Source: Tubiluchus corallicola (Eukaryota > Animalia > Priapulida). From it: 64,000 nt of DNA. The notes beneath the pieces are model-generated. The model worked only from the letters and a program-made list of their open reading frames with translations. It did no database searches and was not told where the DNA came from. Both the position numbers and the translations under genes were made by a program. Positions 38,501-59,960 of this stretch are shown here, one piece after another; the stretch's first letter is position 1, and the number at the start of each line of letters is the position of its first letter. The stretch is from contig JAQGDQ010000012.1 in assembly GCA_030141605.1 (NCBI GenBank), positions 372,001 through 436,000 on the forward strand. The letters are read 5' to 3'.

Positions 38501-41500
38501 TCTGACCTTACTGTTACATGTACAGTCTCAAACAGCATTTTCAAAGCACACACATGAAGCTGAAATTGTTAAACTGGTCAGAACCACAACTCTCATAACA
38601 TCTTGTATAATTAAAGTGCCTACGTCTTCTCTTACTAAAGGCTCACAGTCTACTACAAATATTGAAAACAAAAACAAAGCACTTGACATTATCACCATGT
38701 TTTATACCTGTCTATGGTAGGCACAAACAATGGAAGATCAACATCGTGTGAAAGATAACTCTTTCCTGGTATGCCATCAGCCACTCTTATTTTGAACAAG
38801 ACACCCATTTGGTCGGTCGTTATGCCATTTCGCAAGCCTGGAAGAAGCTTAGTAATCATGGCACTTTGTAGCCTATGGTAGGAGCATTGCCTATCAATGG
38901 CAAACACTACTGGACTGCCGAACCTGGAAGAAAAAGAAGCACTGCATTTTTGAGTAGCTGAGAAAAGGCGAAACAAAACAAGACAAGACAAGGCATAGTT
39001 GCAAAAAACAATAAGATGACTTTACGAATAGTATTAGCTTGTATGTCTATATGCCGACTATATACAATTTATACCCTTAAGATGTGTAAATCCAAAGTGT
39101 TAAATTTTAAGCTGGGTAACTGACAACATCATTAAATACATTCTACACATTAGTGCGTAAGTCACATTAGTGCGTAAGTCTTTGTGAGGGTAGTAAACGC
39201 AACAATAACTCTTAGATGAAAACTTTGATGGTACGTAACTGCTTTAGACAATAATGACCATGACTGTGATGCAATGGATCATGTAAAATTTTAAACGTGT
39301 ACAAAATGAAAGTCAAACAATCTTAAGAATTATGTAATAAGATTATAAATACCAAGTCATCATCATAATTAAAAACTGTCATTACTGATTACTGGCTAGT
39401 GGCTAACACGTACTAAATGCCTGACTAAATAACTATATAACTGTGTATTAAGCAATACACTTTTGCAACAGTCTTAACCATTATGACACGAGTACGATTT
39501 TTTCCCAAAAAACCCAGTTTTCCCAGTTGCACATTAGTTGTGTAACAATAAAAATGAAACTAGAACATGTGAAGACTTACTTTTTACCCTTACTACCAGA
39601 ACCAGAGCGGTTTACGCAGATAAGAAGCATCTTGCGGCTGCTAATAGGTGGAGTTTGTATACAAAAAATGTTATCCGTTTCATGTATGACACTGACAGAT
39701 TGGTAGTCATTGAATGTCCGGTGAAAACCATCATAGTATAATTCCGATAAAATAATCTATAAACAATTAATTTAAATAAAATCAACTACCCTTCTTACAG
39801 CAAATTGAATGCTGACTCGTTTTGCAAGATATATAAACAACAACAGAATGTTAAATTAGTCACTATTCAGTCTCAGCAAACTGTAGCACATCTTGTAAGC
39901 TACTATTCAAATTCTGAATGCCATCAAAAGGCCAACAACAAGAGCAATACTTAGGTATCCTCATATAAACCTTGCATTTCTTATCTTAATGTATTCAACC
40001 ACCCAACTGGTAGTTGGCAAATACTAACCAGATTTGGTGATGTGTAACTGAGAAATTGGTCCAAAACTAAAACCACTAGTGTCTGCATGCTTTCCTTAAA
40101 TAAGGAGGACTGCCCATCTACAATGCAAATTGAGCTGTTTCTCTTTAGCAAAATTCACGAGCACCACTGTCACAGTTGCTTTAAACTTGTATGTAACTAA
40201 AGTGAGACTCGGTAGGTTCTGATCTTAACTTGCGTAGATTTTGATCATTTGCGTGAGGAGAATGCCCAAATGACCACAACCTAATAAAAGTTAAGAGTTA
40301 AGATCAGAAGCTACTGAGTCTCCCTACAATTAGAAAGTTGATGGCCGGTTTCAAATGCCATACTGCATCTGGCTATTACTCTCACTGTACATTAGTAGTT
40401 TGCTCATCAGTAAGTGATGGCTTACTGTATACACATGTATGTGATATTAACTACAACACCTCTGCTGCTTGGAAGATCATCTTTGGGATAAAAAATGTTG
40501 TCCTGCTATAATCACTGCACATTAGTAGTTTGCTCATCAATAAGTGCTGGCTTGCCAAGAATGTATAAAAAATTATACCTGATTAACAGGAATAGCAGTT
40601 TGCAAAGATAACTCTTCTCTCAGCTCTTTGATAGTTGCACTAACATTGATGGTGATACCTGCAGAAAGCAAATAAAACAGCCATCCTTTATCTTAGCTGA
40701 ATTTTGTTGGGAACTGGACATAGACAACTAATATAGTCTCTGTTCTATATTTACAATACACGTACATTTTATGACTTACCTATTCGCACTTGTTTAGGAT
40801 GTGCATCCAGGTAAACAATGGTCACATACACAGGCCTCTGCAGTCTCTGTGGTATTGGAAGCGAGACACATAGAAATGGATCAAAATTATTACTCTTTCT
40901 CAGACAATTAGAACAGCAGAGGGACGAGCGATACTGTGCAAGAAAGAGATCCTGCACAAAACTGCTGTTACAACGTGTATGATTAGCCATTGCTTCCGCT
41001 GCCACAATTTCGTCTGTTCGCCCTAGACTACTCTGAAACATAACATACTCCACAAATTACACAGAGTTAAAAATTATTTTGCAAATACTATAGCAACATA
41101 TACCTTGCAGAAATAAAAAATTAAAAGTATTGTTGGCTGGTGATAGATATTAGACTCAATTCTAAAAAAAATACTGGACAACGGATAGTGAAAACATTAA
41201 ATACAGCTCAGTTATTACTAGAGTGTAGTTTACCCTTGACTATATCTCTACTAGTGCATATAATATTAAATTGCTCTTATAATGCATAATAATAAGCAAT
41301 ACATGCATAACAAAGTCCTAGATAAGTGATGTGAAGTGATTATTGTGGGGGCAGGGGGATCAATTAAGCTTTAACGCCCTTTGAGATAATGAAGCATGCT
41401 CATATCACTCAGTTACTAGTTAGGACCTGCTGGCTTCAGTCTAGGTTTGTAAGTTCCTCACAATAAAATAAAAGTTCCCTTAACAGTAACGATGTAGATC

Positions 41501-44500
41501 CAGCTACCACTAGCAATACTGAAGTTTCCTATTCTAAAATTACCTGACCCAAAATGCAATCATGCTGATATATGTATTAAAAAAGATTCCACGGTTTAAT
41601 TCCACACTGCAGTGCTCAAGAAGTAAGTCACCAATATAGTGCACCTTTACAAACATGTTTTCATATCTGTTATAAAAACCACAAGCATCACTAATACACT
41701 GACCTAGTTTATAGCATATATGCTGCAACTAGTGTTAATATTATAAAATGGAAGATTACAATCTACACAAATAAATATTGAAAGTTGACTTCCTATTGCA
41801 ACTTACACCTGTTCTGCATAAACAATGATATGATAGTTTGCTTGCAGACTTGCCTTTACAAGATTCGTAAGAGTGCAGGAGATTCTCTCGCTTTCATGTG
41901 CCATATTAAAGTACCCTAAACATTTTATTTTTGTTGAACATTTTCTTACTGGTTTTACAAAGAGCCTATTGTTATACTGCTGCTACATGTTAAGAAGGTA
42001 AACAGACATACTGTACCACTTAAAATATCAAACCTACGAATTTCAACACTGAAAGCAGTGCCAGTTATACTATCTATTTATTACGTTATATAATACACTG
42101 ATCAAAAATTAATCTCTGTAATACTACAAATGGCTTCCCAAACTGTAAATTTGCTTATAACACCAATGATGTCACATTGATTCTCAGTTTATTTTATGAT
42201 GATTAAGTCAAATGTCATTTGAATTAAATGTACTCATTATGTAATAAAGAGAAGCTTCCATCTATGCTAAAAAGATTTACCTGATTAATTTGGTCAATTT
42301 GGTCAAAGCACTTGGTCAATTTGTAATAAAGTTAAACTGAATGCACAGATAATTTCGATTGCACCTAAGTATGGCTTACTCTGCACTATTTCTTCATGAA
42401 ATGTGAAAGCATGTTACACAATCACGTTAACGTGTAGCCGTCAATGGCTGTCTGTCTACTGTTTACAGGTAATCACCGACTTATGACTCACAATTAGTTC
42501 TAGCTGATTGATCAAAAGACGATTTTGGATGCAAGTCAGACCAGTACGTTCAGGTGAAATATTGTGTCTATAAGGACACAAAGTACGGCGGCACCTACGG
42601 GTGAATTTATCGAAACAGATAGCGATTTAAAATTAATTGGCTTAGAAAAGAGAAGGAAATATAAGTTATAATTAGTTTTGCATGATTAACTAATTAACTT
42701 GTGGTCAGATCATAAAATTGAGCAGTTGTAAGTTGTATAGGTTGTAAGTCGACAACTACCTTTTCTATAATACAGAATTTAGCGCATGCAATGTTCACTG
42801 TGATTTAAAAAAAATAAAGATTGCAAAAAAGTAAAAAACCTACCCATCTGATTTTTTTAATGTTATCCTAACCAAATATTTTTTGTGTGACTTTAGTACG
42901 ATTTGTCCCAGCAATCAGAAAACTGCGAGCTTCCATTTAAAATATGTATGCCAAAATCATTGCCATTATTAAAACAACCACATGCATGACGCAAGCATAT
43001 TACATTTACCTTATTTGACCGGTACTTCTTTTTTGAAGCTGTGTTTAGATCTTCGTGAATCTTATCCAACAACCAAGTTAGGAATTCCTGAGCATCATGC
43101 TGTTTAGAACCCCGATATTGGGCACCATACTTTCCAATACAAGTTCGAAATTGGGTGGTTAATTCAGGAGCATATTGTCCCGCCCATAAAGACTTCATAA
43201 CCATTGCTAACATATCGGTTATTTCACCACGAGTACCATACTGTCGTGCATTTAATTTGTTGCTTCTCACTACGTCCTTCTTATAAAGATCACAGCAAAA
43301 ATATTCAGCTAAGGCATCTGTATTAGTGAGACACTGGACAATTGAATTAATATAACAAGTATTGCCATGGTTTCTCATACCTGCTAATGTAGTGTTCAAC
43401 CTCTCTGGAGGTAACTTAACTACTAAACGAGTAGGCACATTACACAATTTGTCTGAATGCTGTTCACTTGACACTCTGCTTGCCACTGCTGCTGCATGAG
43501 CCTTAGCAGCATCTCGCTCCATTGCCCATTTTTTGCCCACAGGTGTGATTTTAGCAACTTGCCGAAAGACTCTCATAGCAAAATGACCAAGTGGAAGAAA
43601 AGGATTGAACTTTTTCTTTTTGTCCTCACCCTTGGCATTAGATTGGCCCCTGCTTGTTGGTCGCATGCTCTTGTGACTGAGAGAACGTGGCAGTGTTGAT
43701 GTCGATGAGCCTGGAGTTTGAGTCTGTTCAGTGTAGCTCTGCGACGACAAACGATGAGAAGCAGGAGAACGTGAACGTCTGCGGGAGTCTAAAAAACAAT
43801 TTTAGTTATTCAAAATACCAAATTAAAGAAAATAAAGAGAAGTTGCTGCAGTATTGCAGATGCTTAATAAAAAACTCACATGTAGCTGCATTTAAATCAA
43901 CAAACAATCTCTTTAATAATCAGGCATCAACAGTAAATTTGAATGTGTGGAATTTACAGCAGACAATCTTAAATGAAGTAACATTAAAATTTTAAATTTG
44001 AATTTTGGTAGCTGTTGCAAATGGCATTTAAATACTGTACAATCAAGTGTGATGGACCTACATTTTTTCTTTCTATTAAGCAAAAACTTAATAACTGAGA
44101 CGTTCTTCACTGTTAGGATTTTTTCACTATTTGGTACTAATGAGTAATATGTTTGCACAATAACATTTAGTATGGCAGATATGTTTCTGTTTAGTTTTAG
44201 TGATTTTTTCATTACTATGGTTTACATACAATTACAATATTGCAATTGAGGTAAACTTAAGCTTGTGCTTTAATGACCAGCAGTTACCTCAGGTAAGGAT
44301 CAAATACTATAGCAGTACCCAGTAATGACTGTTTACCTGTAAATACTACTGACATCTACACTTGTTTGGTGATTGCTTTTGAGTAATCACTATTTTCCTC
44401 ATTTCTTGGTAGTTTTAACTACAAAATCTAAAAACAATGGTTTCTATGTTCTTATCATTTTAGTTACTCACGTAAGTTAAATTAAACAATTGAGCTAATC

Positions 44501-45470
44501 TACCTCAAGTACTAGTAGGGGGGCTGTAATGTTACCAAGACTCAGCATGATGTACAAAAATTGCTACTTGAACTAAGAGCCAATGCATCTGCAGAACCAG
44601 ATTTAATTCAGCCAAAGATACTGGTTAAGGCTGCTGATTCACTGGTAAAGCCATTGACAATAATTTTTAGAAAGTTTTTAGCTATTGTTTAGCTAAGTTG
44701 TCTCGCATTAGTCCGATACATAAAAACGAGCCTAAGAATAAACCTGCGAACTATAAGCCAGTTACAGTTACCAGTAATGTTGGCAAACTGCTGGAGAGTA
44801 GAGGCACATCGTCAATATAATACTCGTGTACTTACAATCTAATATTTTTTTAAGTAATGTCAGTATTTGTTTAGCATTGTTGTTGTTATTTAAAAATCTT
44901 ACATATTCACAATCACATTATTTTTTATTAAGTTCATAAAAAACTTTAATGGTATTTAACCTGTTGCAAAAAATATTGTGCATTCTACTGAAAGGACTTG
45001 GCAGTAAACAATGATGCAACTATACATATACATACATACATATATTTATGTGCATGTAATGTATATGCTATACTGCTAGTAGGCAAATGTGTCTGGTGCA
45101 AGCTGTTAGCAACAGTTCGTTTAAGATACTTGCGTACTTGTCTGTAGGTAAGTAGGGAGGCTAACCTCAAAACGGCAACTCTTCCTTTAATCCCATGGCA
45201 ATATTTTTTAATTATGCCTAAAAGAAGCAGTCAGCAATTATCACTAATGTACAGTAATTTTTATTCCAAGTGTTCTCTGCACTCATGGTACACATACTAT
45301 GGTAACACGGGACCAATTAGCAGAATTAGTGGTAACACAATTCTAAAGTTAAACATATAATGATCACATTTAAACATATAAGTATTAGTACCTCTAGTTG
45401 TAGAGCGGTTACGTACTAACTCCGACTCCGACTTTGACCTTTGTGAAAATTCTGGTTGATTTTTATCCAT
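24688..45470 (-). CDS. USP31: Ubiquitin carboxyl-terminal hydrolase, USP31/USP43 family (about 851 aa)
   Basis: Exons on - strand: 45470-45421 (tentative), 43778-43010, 41032-40780, 40658-40579, 39756-39581, 38923-38708, 37499-37419, 35782-35656, 28790-28668, 27420-27189, 26908-26796, 26192-26081, 24911-24688; phases consistent, 2556 nt. Cys box GMRNHGNTCYINSIVQCL, QHDAQEFL, FDPFLCVSLPIP, WRCPNC, LPDILVIHLKRF, His box YDLYGICNHIGTLTGGHYTA, WYLYDD, AYILFYQRR. NHGNTC, DGFHRTF and HVKLYLEWD point to the USP31/43 clade. Confidence 0.92.
32276..35417 (+). CDS. Putative secreted low-complexity (Tyr/Arg/Ser/Gly-rich) protein, 331 aa, nested antisense in USP intron 28791-35655
   Basis: Exons 32276-32369 (MWIFVALIANAVTVVITT..., signal-peptide-like; donor G|GTAAAT), 32865-33075 (donor GC|GTAAGT), 34727-35417 (acceptor ttttttctttatag; 229-codon open stretch). 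Phases 1 and 2 match; 996 nt total. An acceptor at 32268 just before the ATG implies a further 5'UTR exon. AATAAA near 35472. Confidence 0.75.
32518..32580. repeat. (AAT)n microsatellite in intron 1 of the nested gene
   Basis: Read directly. Confidence 0.95.
33620..33815 (+). pseudogene. Degenerate PHD-finger coding relic, probably LINE-derived (CR1/L2 group)
   Basis: Translation KCSQ...SCDSCQNWVNVKCSGI...LY...FACDYC follows the PHD pattern CDxCxxWxHxxCxGI...CxxC with His changed to Asn. No flanking splice structure recognised. Confidence 0.55.
36278..37275. mobile_element. Foldback-like element with long (about 300 bp) degenerate inverted repeats built from subrepeats
   Basis: Left arm TCACCAGTGGTAC...TATTACCTTATT...AACAAAATGTTTCAGTTTGCCA mirrors right arm TGGCAAACTGAAATGTTTTGTT...AATAAGGTAATAAC...GTACCACTGGTGA. 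Non-coding centre. Confidence 0.7.
40204..40322. mobile_element. Small MITE-like inverted repeat
   Basis: GAGACTCGGTAGGTTCTGATCTTAACT (40204-40230) pairs with AGTTAAGATCAGAAGCTACTGAGTCTC (40296-40322) at 25 of 27 positions. Confidence 0.7.
40372..40555. repeat. Local direct duplication of about 50 bp
   Basis: TCACTG(T/C)ACATTAGTAGTTTGCTCATCA(G/A)TAAGTG(A/C)TGGCTT at about 40382 and 40511. Confidence 0.75.
44530..44800 (+). mobile_element. Degenerate CR1/Jockey-group LINE RT fragment in USP intron 1
   Basis: Hand translation VQKLLLELRANASAEPDLIQPKILVKAADSLVKPLTIIFRK.../ISPIHKNEPKNKPANYKPVTVTSNVGKLLES matches the RT N-terminal GPDxIxPRILK and NYRPVSLTSxxGKLLE motifs; contains a stop and a frameshift. 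Confidence 0.75.
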
Positions 45471-48400
45471 GCTGTTAGTAGCACACGATGCGTACACTGC
45501 GTTTTAACAACTTCTTCACATTAGATTAAAGGAACACTAGACTGTTCCATAAACTCTCGAGTGACACTGACAAAACGATAATCACAGCCATACTCCCATA
45601 GTGGCTTGACCAGGCTTACCGGTTACCATTAAGTCTTGCTATGTTCTGGGTAACGCGGTTATGCACTCGACTTTGGCCTTTGCGATATTTCCAACTGGGT
45701 TTACCGATGTTGCTGACAGTACATAGTTAAAAACTATTTTTTATTTTTCAGTTTTCACAAATAATTATTTATCTTAGACGTAAATTTCCGTAATTTGTCA
45801 AAACAGTAAACAGTCACCGTTACGACTAGTGGCCAATTTCTGAACTAATACTGTAGAATAAATCGTCGATTTATAAAGGAAAACAACCTCATATTACCTA
45901 CTAGACGCTCCTTTTAGCAATTGATTCAACCAAAAAACATCTACTTGAACATACGAGCCCTGTACCGTCAGGTGTACAGGTCAGCTGTGCAAAAAGATTG
46001 TTTTAAAAAGAGCAAAACTTTTATATTTTCAGATTCTTTATTTTAGTCATTTTAAATCAACCTCTGAATATCTGATATACTCTCAAGTGAAATGACCAAA
46101 CTAGACTGAACTGAAATATTTTTTATTATAGCTGCTATATTTAGTAATATTATTGTGCTGTTTGTATACATGGCTTCCGCTCTTCAGTTGCACCATGTAT
46201 GTGTTTTGGCAAAACAAGTCAGTTCTCATAATTAAAGCATTATTAATTTATAAATTAATTTCATTTCATTTAAAATGTTTTAATAACTGCAATTATTATA
46301 ATCATGGCTGCTCGAGGACTATCATTAATTATGTTATTGATGAATGTTTTAATTAGTGGCATATGCTGATTATATATTTTCATTTTTATTCGCATATCAG
46401 AATGCTAAAAAATTACAAGTTAGTATAATGGTAAGAATATAAATAAATAATTAATCACAAGTGTTAGTAGCATAATTTCAATTCATCGTCTGTAAATCCA
46501 GGTATTAACACTTTATTGTTCAGCGTCCAATAAAGTTCACGTGCTATCCAAAAGAGTGAGCATCACATTAATGTACAAAAATGTTATTCTTTTCTAATGT
46601 TGTTAAGCTGCTCTGAGTATTTAAATTTGACAATGCTCTTAAAAGTTTATTATTAGAGTTATCAATAAATTTAGAGAGATTCAATGTGCATTTGACAATT
46701 ATCTTTGTAAGGAATACGTGTCAGCAATGCATGTTGCCATGCAAGAATGAGAATTTTACATATCTGAGTATTACAAATTTAATGAATTTACGTAACTGCA
46801 CATTTATTTCATTATAATATACATGTACAGTTATCGAAAAGTGATAAATATTTAATTATGTTTAGATAATTTTGAATTAATAAAAATTTAACCATTCTTT
46901 ATTTATATTTCATCTTTATGAAAAAAATAAGCGACAAATGTATGTGAGCTAAAAGAATGTGGTACAGAAATATATTTTAACAAAGATTAATAAGGGTAAA
47001 CATTTAATTACACTGGCAACAGACAATGATTATCAATTATATGACAAAGAAATCATACAAGCAACATGTACATTTGTTTATGCATAAAAACTTTGCTGTA
47101 CCAGTCTGACAAAATTTCAAAGAACTATACATGGCTTTACAGCTCAATTAAGGAACAGTCACTAGAAAGAAATTGTTTGGACATTGTTTGAAAGTAATAA
47201 GTGCAATGATTTTTGGACACCATATACATGATTAATATCATTAAGGTTGGCAAAGTAACCATATAGTAGTAAACATCATTATTTCTAAAAATTTAATACA
47301 TTATACACGGACTAAAAATAAATAGATATCAAATGTTATCCCAGCCAACACGCAAAAGCAGACATTAATTAGGTACACAATTATATTTTGTCAATTTCAA
47401 AACAACAAACAATAAATGGAACAAACTAACAAGTTATTCTAAAAATATGGTTTACTCAACAACAAGTTAAATGAATGATTACCATAGTACCTGGCAGCAA
47501 AAAGGAATGTTTAAAATGGATAGAATTATTATTTTGGAAAGAGCATCAGGTAAATGGAAAAAAATTAAAAATTTTTATAATATAATCATATATTCTATAA
47601 TACAGGTAATATGCGGACGGAGGTAAAAGTTAAACAAAGTAAAACAAGCGTGTCAGGTCTTACAAAGAACCAATCAATATCAAGCTCTTATACATATGAA
47701 TTATGGCATGATCATAACCAGGTTCTCGATTTTTGCACTTAAACATGTCACTGTCTACAATTTTGGCTAAAAATTAATATCAGTAACACACTATTTGGGG
47801 ATGAGAAGAAGAAGTGGGTAGACATGTGTATGGTTATGGATATGAAAGTTCAGCAATCCAAAACTGGTTAATTAGTGAATGAATGACTACCTCAAATATT
47901 GCATATGGGCTCTTTCATCTGCCATACATCTCCAACACATATCAGAAAACGGTTAAGACACCGTTATTGTTTCAGTGTTTCAGAGAACTCTGTTTGATGA
48001 TGTTCTAGTTCTGGCCTGTTCACAATAAGTTAACATCAGTATCAGTCTCGGCCACTGGGTGCTTGGTTCTGGCTTGCAGGATAATAAACTCTCTTTAATG
48101 GAATGTTCAGCAGCAAGACTATAAACCTAAACCAAGTAGCTTACACTACATGTAACTGATGATTGCAAAACTGTTGATCTAAATGAACTAGGAACACACT
48201 GAAAAATCTCAAACAAAACTTACATTAAATTTATCAAGGTTCATAACACAAATAAAATAAAAAGAACTAGGAAGATAGGAAATACTTTACAACATAATGT
48301 ACTCTGCAAGTAACATACAAATAAAAAACTTGGTAGATAGCAAATACTATACAAATTAGACGTACTCTGCAAGTGGTTATCTCTTAAGCCAGAAACGGCT

Positions 48401-49499
48401 TTGCACAAAAATTGGAATGCAACGAAAAAGCAACAAGGAATCTATAATATTGACTGAATGTTTAACAACAAGTGATATGAAATGAATATAATATATTTAT
48501 CTAAACTATGCAGTACATATGTTACATAAATTACAAGCATAAACATAACGTTGATACATATAGTGTGTAAATAGACATAAATTTATACAAAGTAATACTA
48601 GTTTTTCTTCACAGCTAGATAAAGAAAAGTTCTTACATGCATGTGAAAAGTTTCTTTCTAATTTCAAAACTATTTTGCATAACTAATAATAGCACTAAAA
48701 ACTGAATAAACCACATAATAAATGCACTAAAAATCCAAAAACAGATGTATAAAGGAATTAGATTGGTAAGAGTATGCAAGAATTTTATTGGTCAACATGA
48801 AATAAAGCTTCTTTTCAGGAAGGTGTTTTTCTAGGATTACTTTTCTATGATGTCTTAATCTCAGTGGCACTATTAAAAACATAGTAGTTGTTTCTGTTTT
48901 CAGACTTTATAAGCTCTGTGTGATGTTTCAGCAACATTCGTTTCACTAATTACAAATTCTTTATCAAACATAATTTGTACATGTAACTATACACTTTAAG
49001 TTATTTTATATCAACATGGTTAAAAAAATTCTATTTTAATCCTTGACCTTCATTGCAAGAAACAGATGTATGATCAAAATGATATTCAGAAAAAAGACCT
49101 TAGAAACAATAAAATAACAGATATCACACATTTACATTACAAGTTAAGTTATAAATGCATGCAAAAAAGTTGAGAACAACACAGTCACAGATCTATATCG
49201 AATTACACAAATGACTAGTTTACTTGCTTAACGTTGGAAATAACTAATAACATGACAAAGGCCTACACCTGGCAAACACTTAACCAAGAATGAATATTTA
49301 CTATACTGTCAATGCTGCATAAACTACTGCCAAAATTTGCACTTACCACTTTTGAGGATTGATCAACAAGCCTGGTAACAGCATGGAAAGCACACTACTA
49401 AGCTGTGTGCTCACTGCATAATATTCTATTCTAATCATGACTAGCACATCTTATTACAATGGTTGCAAACTGCATTATTTGATAGAAGTAACTCATATC

Positions 49500-57386
<7,887 letters not shown>

Positions 57387-58797
57387 CTGAGCAAAGAACG
57401 AAAATTCAGCTTCATTACCTATGTTGTTTTACAGTTTTACACAATATAAACAACAATCGCACTCTTTATGTTTGTTGGGATAAGATTTGTTCCATAACTC
57501 CACTATAAACTGCTCCCTTGGGCTAATAAGGGAATGACTTGGTTCACAGGCAAGTTCAGAACACTTTCCTACAACTCTTGTAAAATTTTATCTTTTTACA
57601 AAGCATTTACGAACTTCACACAGTACACGTCCAAGTGCAAAAACTTACAGTAACAAGTTCTCATAACCAACAAGTTTTCAAAAATCCAAAGAAATTATTA
57701 GTTTATTTAAACCCTTACCAATAATAACTCCCTCACTGTAATGAATCAACTCATTGGTGTTGCCTTTACTGTAGGCAAATTCAATGAGCAAAGCTGTGTT
57801 AACACCACCGTCTCACCTACACTAGCTTAAATTACACAGATCAATACACAGGTATAACGAAGATGTAAAGGAAGCGTTAATCATCAAGCAACTAGTTATT
57901 TAAAGATGAACGAACAAACTATGCCTATCATAATTCCATTAATTATGTCAAAAACCAGATAAAATTTAATTAGTATTAATTACAACTTGTAAGACTCAAG
58001 TGTCAATATATTGATATTACATTTAGCAATAAGGCCTACTACTATCAATAGATAGAACTCCAAAACCTTGCACAATGCATGCACAGTCGGTAACACATTA
58101 TTTCGCAAATTTGTATAAAACAATATTTTTCTTTAAGAGGAATACCAAGCAGCATTTAAAGATAAGTTTGCACAGCCCAGGGACTTCTTGGCAGTCCTGA
58201 AACAAGATATGTACGTAATCCCAGCACTTAGCTCAAACATCAGGACTTTTTTATGACATTTAGTGACCTTATTTGTATTGTGAACATTTCCGTGACATTA
58301 ACGAATTCATTTTTATAATTCTGCTTTTGCTAGACGTAAAAAGCTTTGTGTTTTCCCAAGAGAAATATACAACGACTTAGCAGAAAGCGCTTTAGCTGCT
58401 ACTAAAAGCATGCAGCCTTAAAAATTTTTTTATGAAATTTACTATGAAAGTCCTGTTGAAAGCCATTAATGACAGAGCTACTATAGTAGGCTCAGCAATA
58501 AGAGAAAATGACTCGGCAAATGAAACATATACAATGTTTCGCTTTTGCTGTTTATCTGTTCATATTACTAAACTGCCCTTTTTTAATTTCCTTTCCTTGT
58601 TTTGTTCCTTTCGAAAGTTTCGATTCATTAAGTCTCCTGCCATTAGGTCAAAGAAATGAATGTTTGTGCTCTCCTTTGATATCCGTAATTAGAAAAGTTT
58701 AACTGCCTTTATGGGGCTCAAAACAGTTATATCAACACACATTAAAGTTACACGAAAAATTTATTTGATGAGACGTGAATTAAAAAAATGTAACAAT

Positions 58798-59960
58798 GAA
58801 CTAGCTGACAATGTTTCCGACGTAGTCAGAAACTAAAGATTTTGCAAACAATAGTTATAACATTCAGCCTTAAAAATGAAGAGATGACAGCCTTTGTTTG
58901 AAAGTTATTATTTTCACCCTGCTTGAATACATAGGAAGTGCAATTCTCAAAGAAACTTCAGCATTTAACTGTTCAGCCATTCACCCTTTGTCAAAGGTCA
59001 ACCAATCTTGGCATAAATTGTATCCTTAAAAAGTGCTCACTGAGACCTTTCATTTGATATACTACAAGCTACTTTTGGTCGACCCTGGAAGGCATTTGTC
59101 TCCCCGACCCCTATTTTGGCCCTAGTGGGGTCAAAAGTTTACAATTATAACGTATGCCATTCGAATCGTCTCATCGAGATCTTTCATTTGATGTGCTACA
59201 TGGTACTATTCGTAGACACTAGATGCATTTCTGTTCTCGGCCCTTATTTTTCCCCTTCTTGGGGTCAGAGATCAACCAGTCTCGGCATAACTTGTGCCAC
59301 TTCGTTTGTCTCATTGAGACCTTTCATTTGATATGCTATAAGCTAGTTTCGATTTACAATGGAAGGTGTTTGTCTCCTCGACCCCTATTTTGCCCCCTCG
59401 CGGGCTCGCGAGTTAACTATTCACATTGCAACGTATACCATTCAATCCGCTTCATCGAGACTAATTTCATTTCATTTGCTACAAGGTACCATTACTCAAC
59501 ACTCGGGGCACTTCTGTTCCCCACCCCCATTTTTCGGTTTCTCATCCCCTTAGCAGAAAATTTTACTATATGGACACGTCCCTTATTTTGTGACGTGAAA
59601 AGCCACGATACCACCTAGCAACCTACCAAATATTATGGCCCTAGTTCAAAAACTATGGGAGCAGATGGATTATAAAGAAACATAAATGAAGACCTGCCAA
59701 CTCCGTACCTTTGACCCCATGAGTTTTGTGTCCCTAGCTCTCAGTCGCCAATTGAGGACCCCAAATTTTGCATTTTGGTCCCTCCCTCGGGCATTTAAGA
59801 CTTGCCAGCTTTTTAAAACCCCAGGTGCACACCTGCCCCAATGTACCCAAATACTTGTGAAAGAAATTGGGAGAAAACCTAAAGCCCTAGGAGGAGATGC
59901 GATCTAAAGGAAAAAGTGACCATTGCCCACTGCCCTCTCCCCTTGACCAGTAGTCACCAC
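58798..59960. mobile_element. Non-autonomous Helentron/HINE-like repeat with an internal tandem array of about 137-bp units
   Basis: Unit anchor GAGA(C/T)CTTTCATTTGAT at about 59042, 59176, 59316 and (degenerate) 59457, plus CCTTTGACC-type motifs. The array is seen directly; family assignment and boundaries are inference. Confidence 0.5.

Noticed and set aside
57715-57770. Small AG..GT-bounded segment upstream of PP1 exon 57386
   Set aside because: The phase-compatible frame contains a stop and has no clear PP1 similarity.
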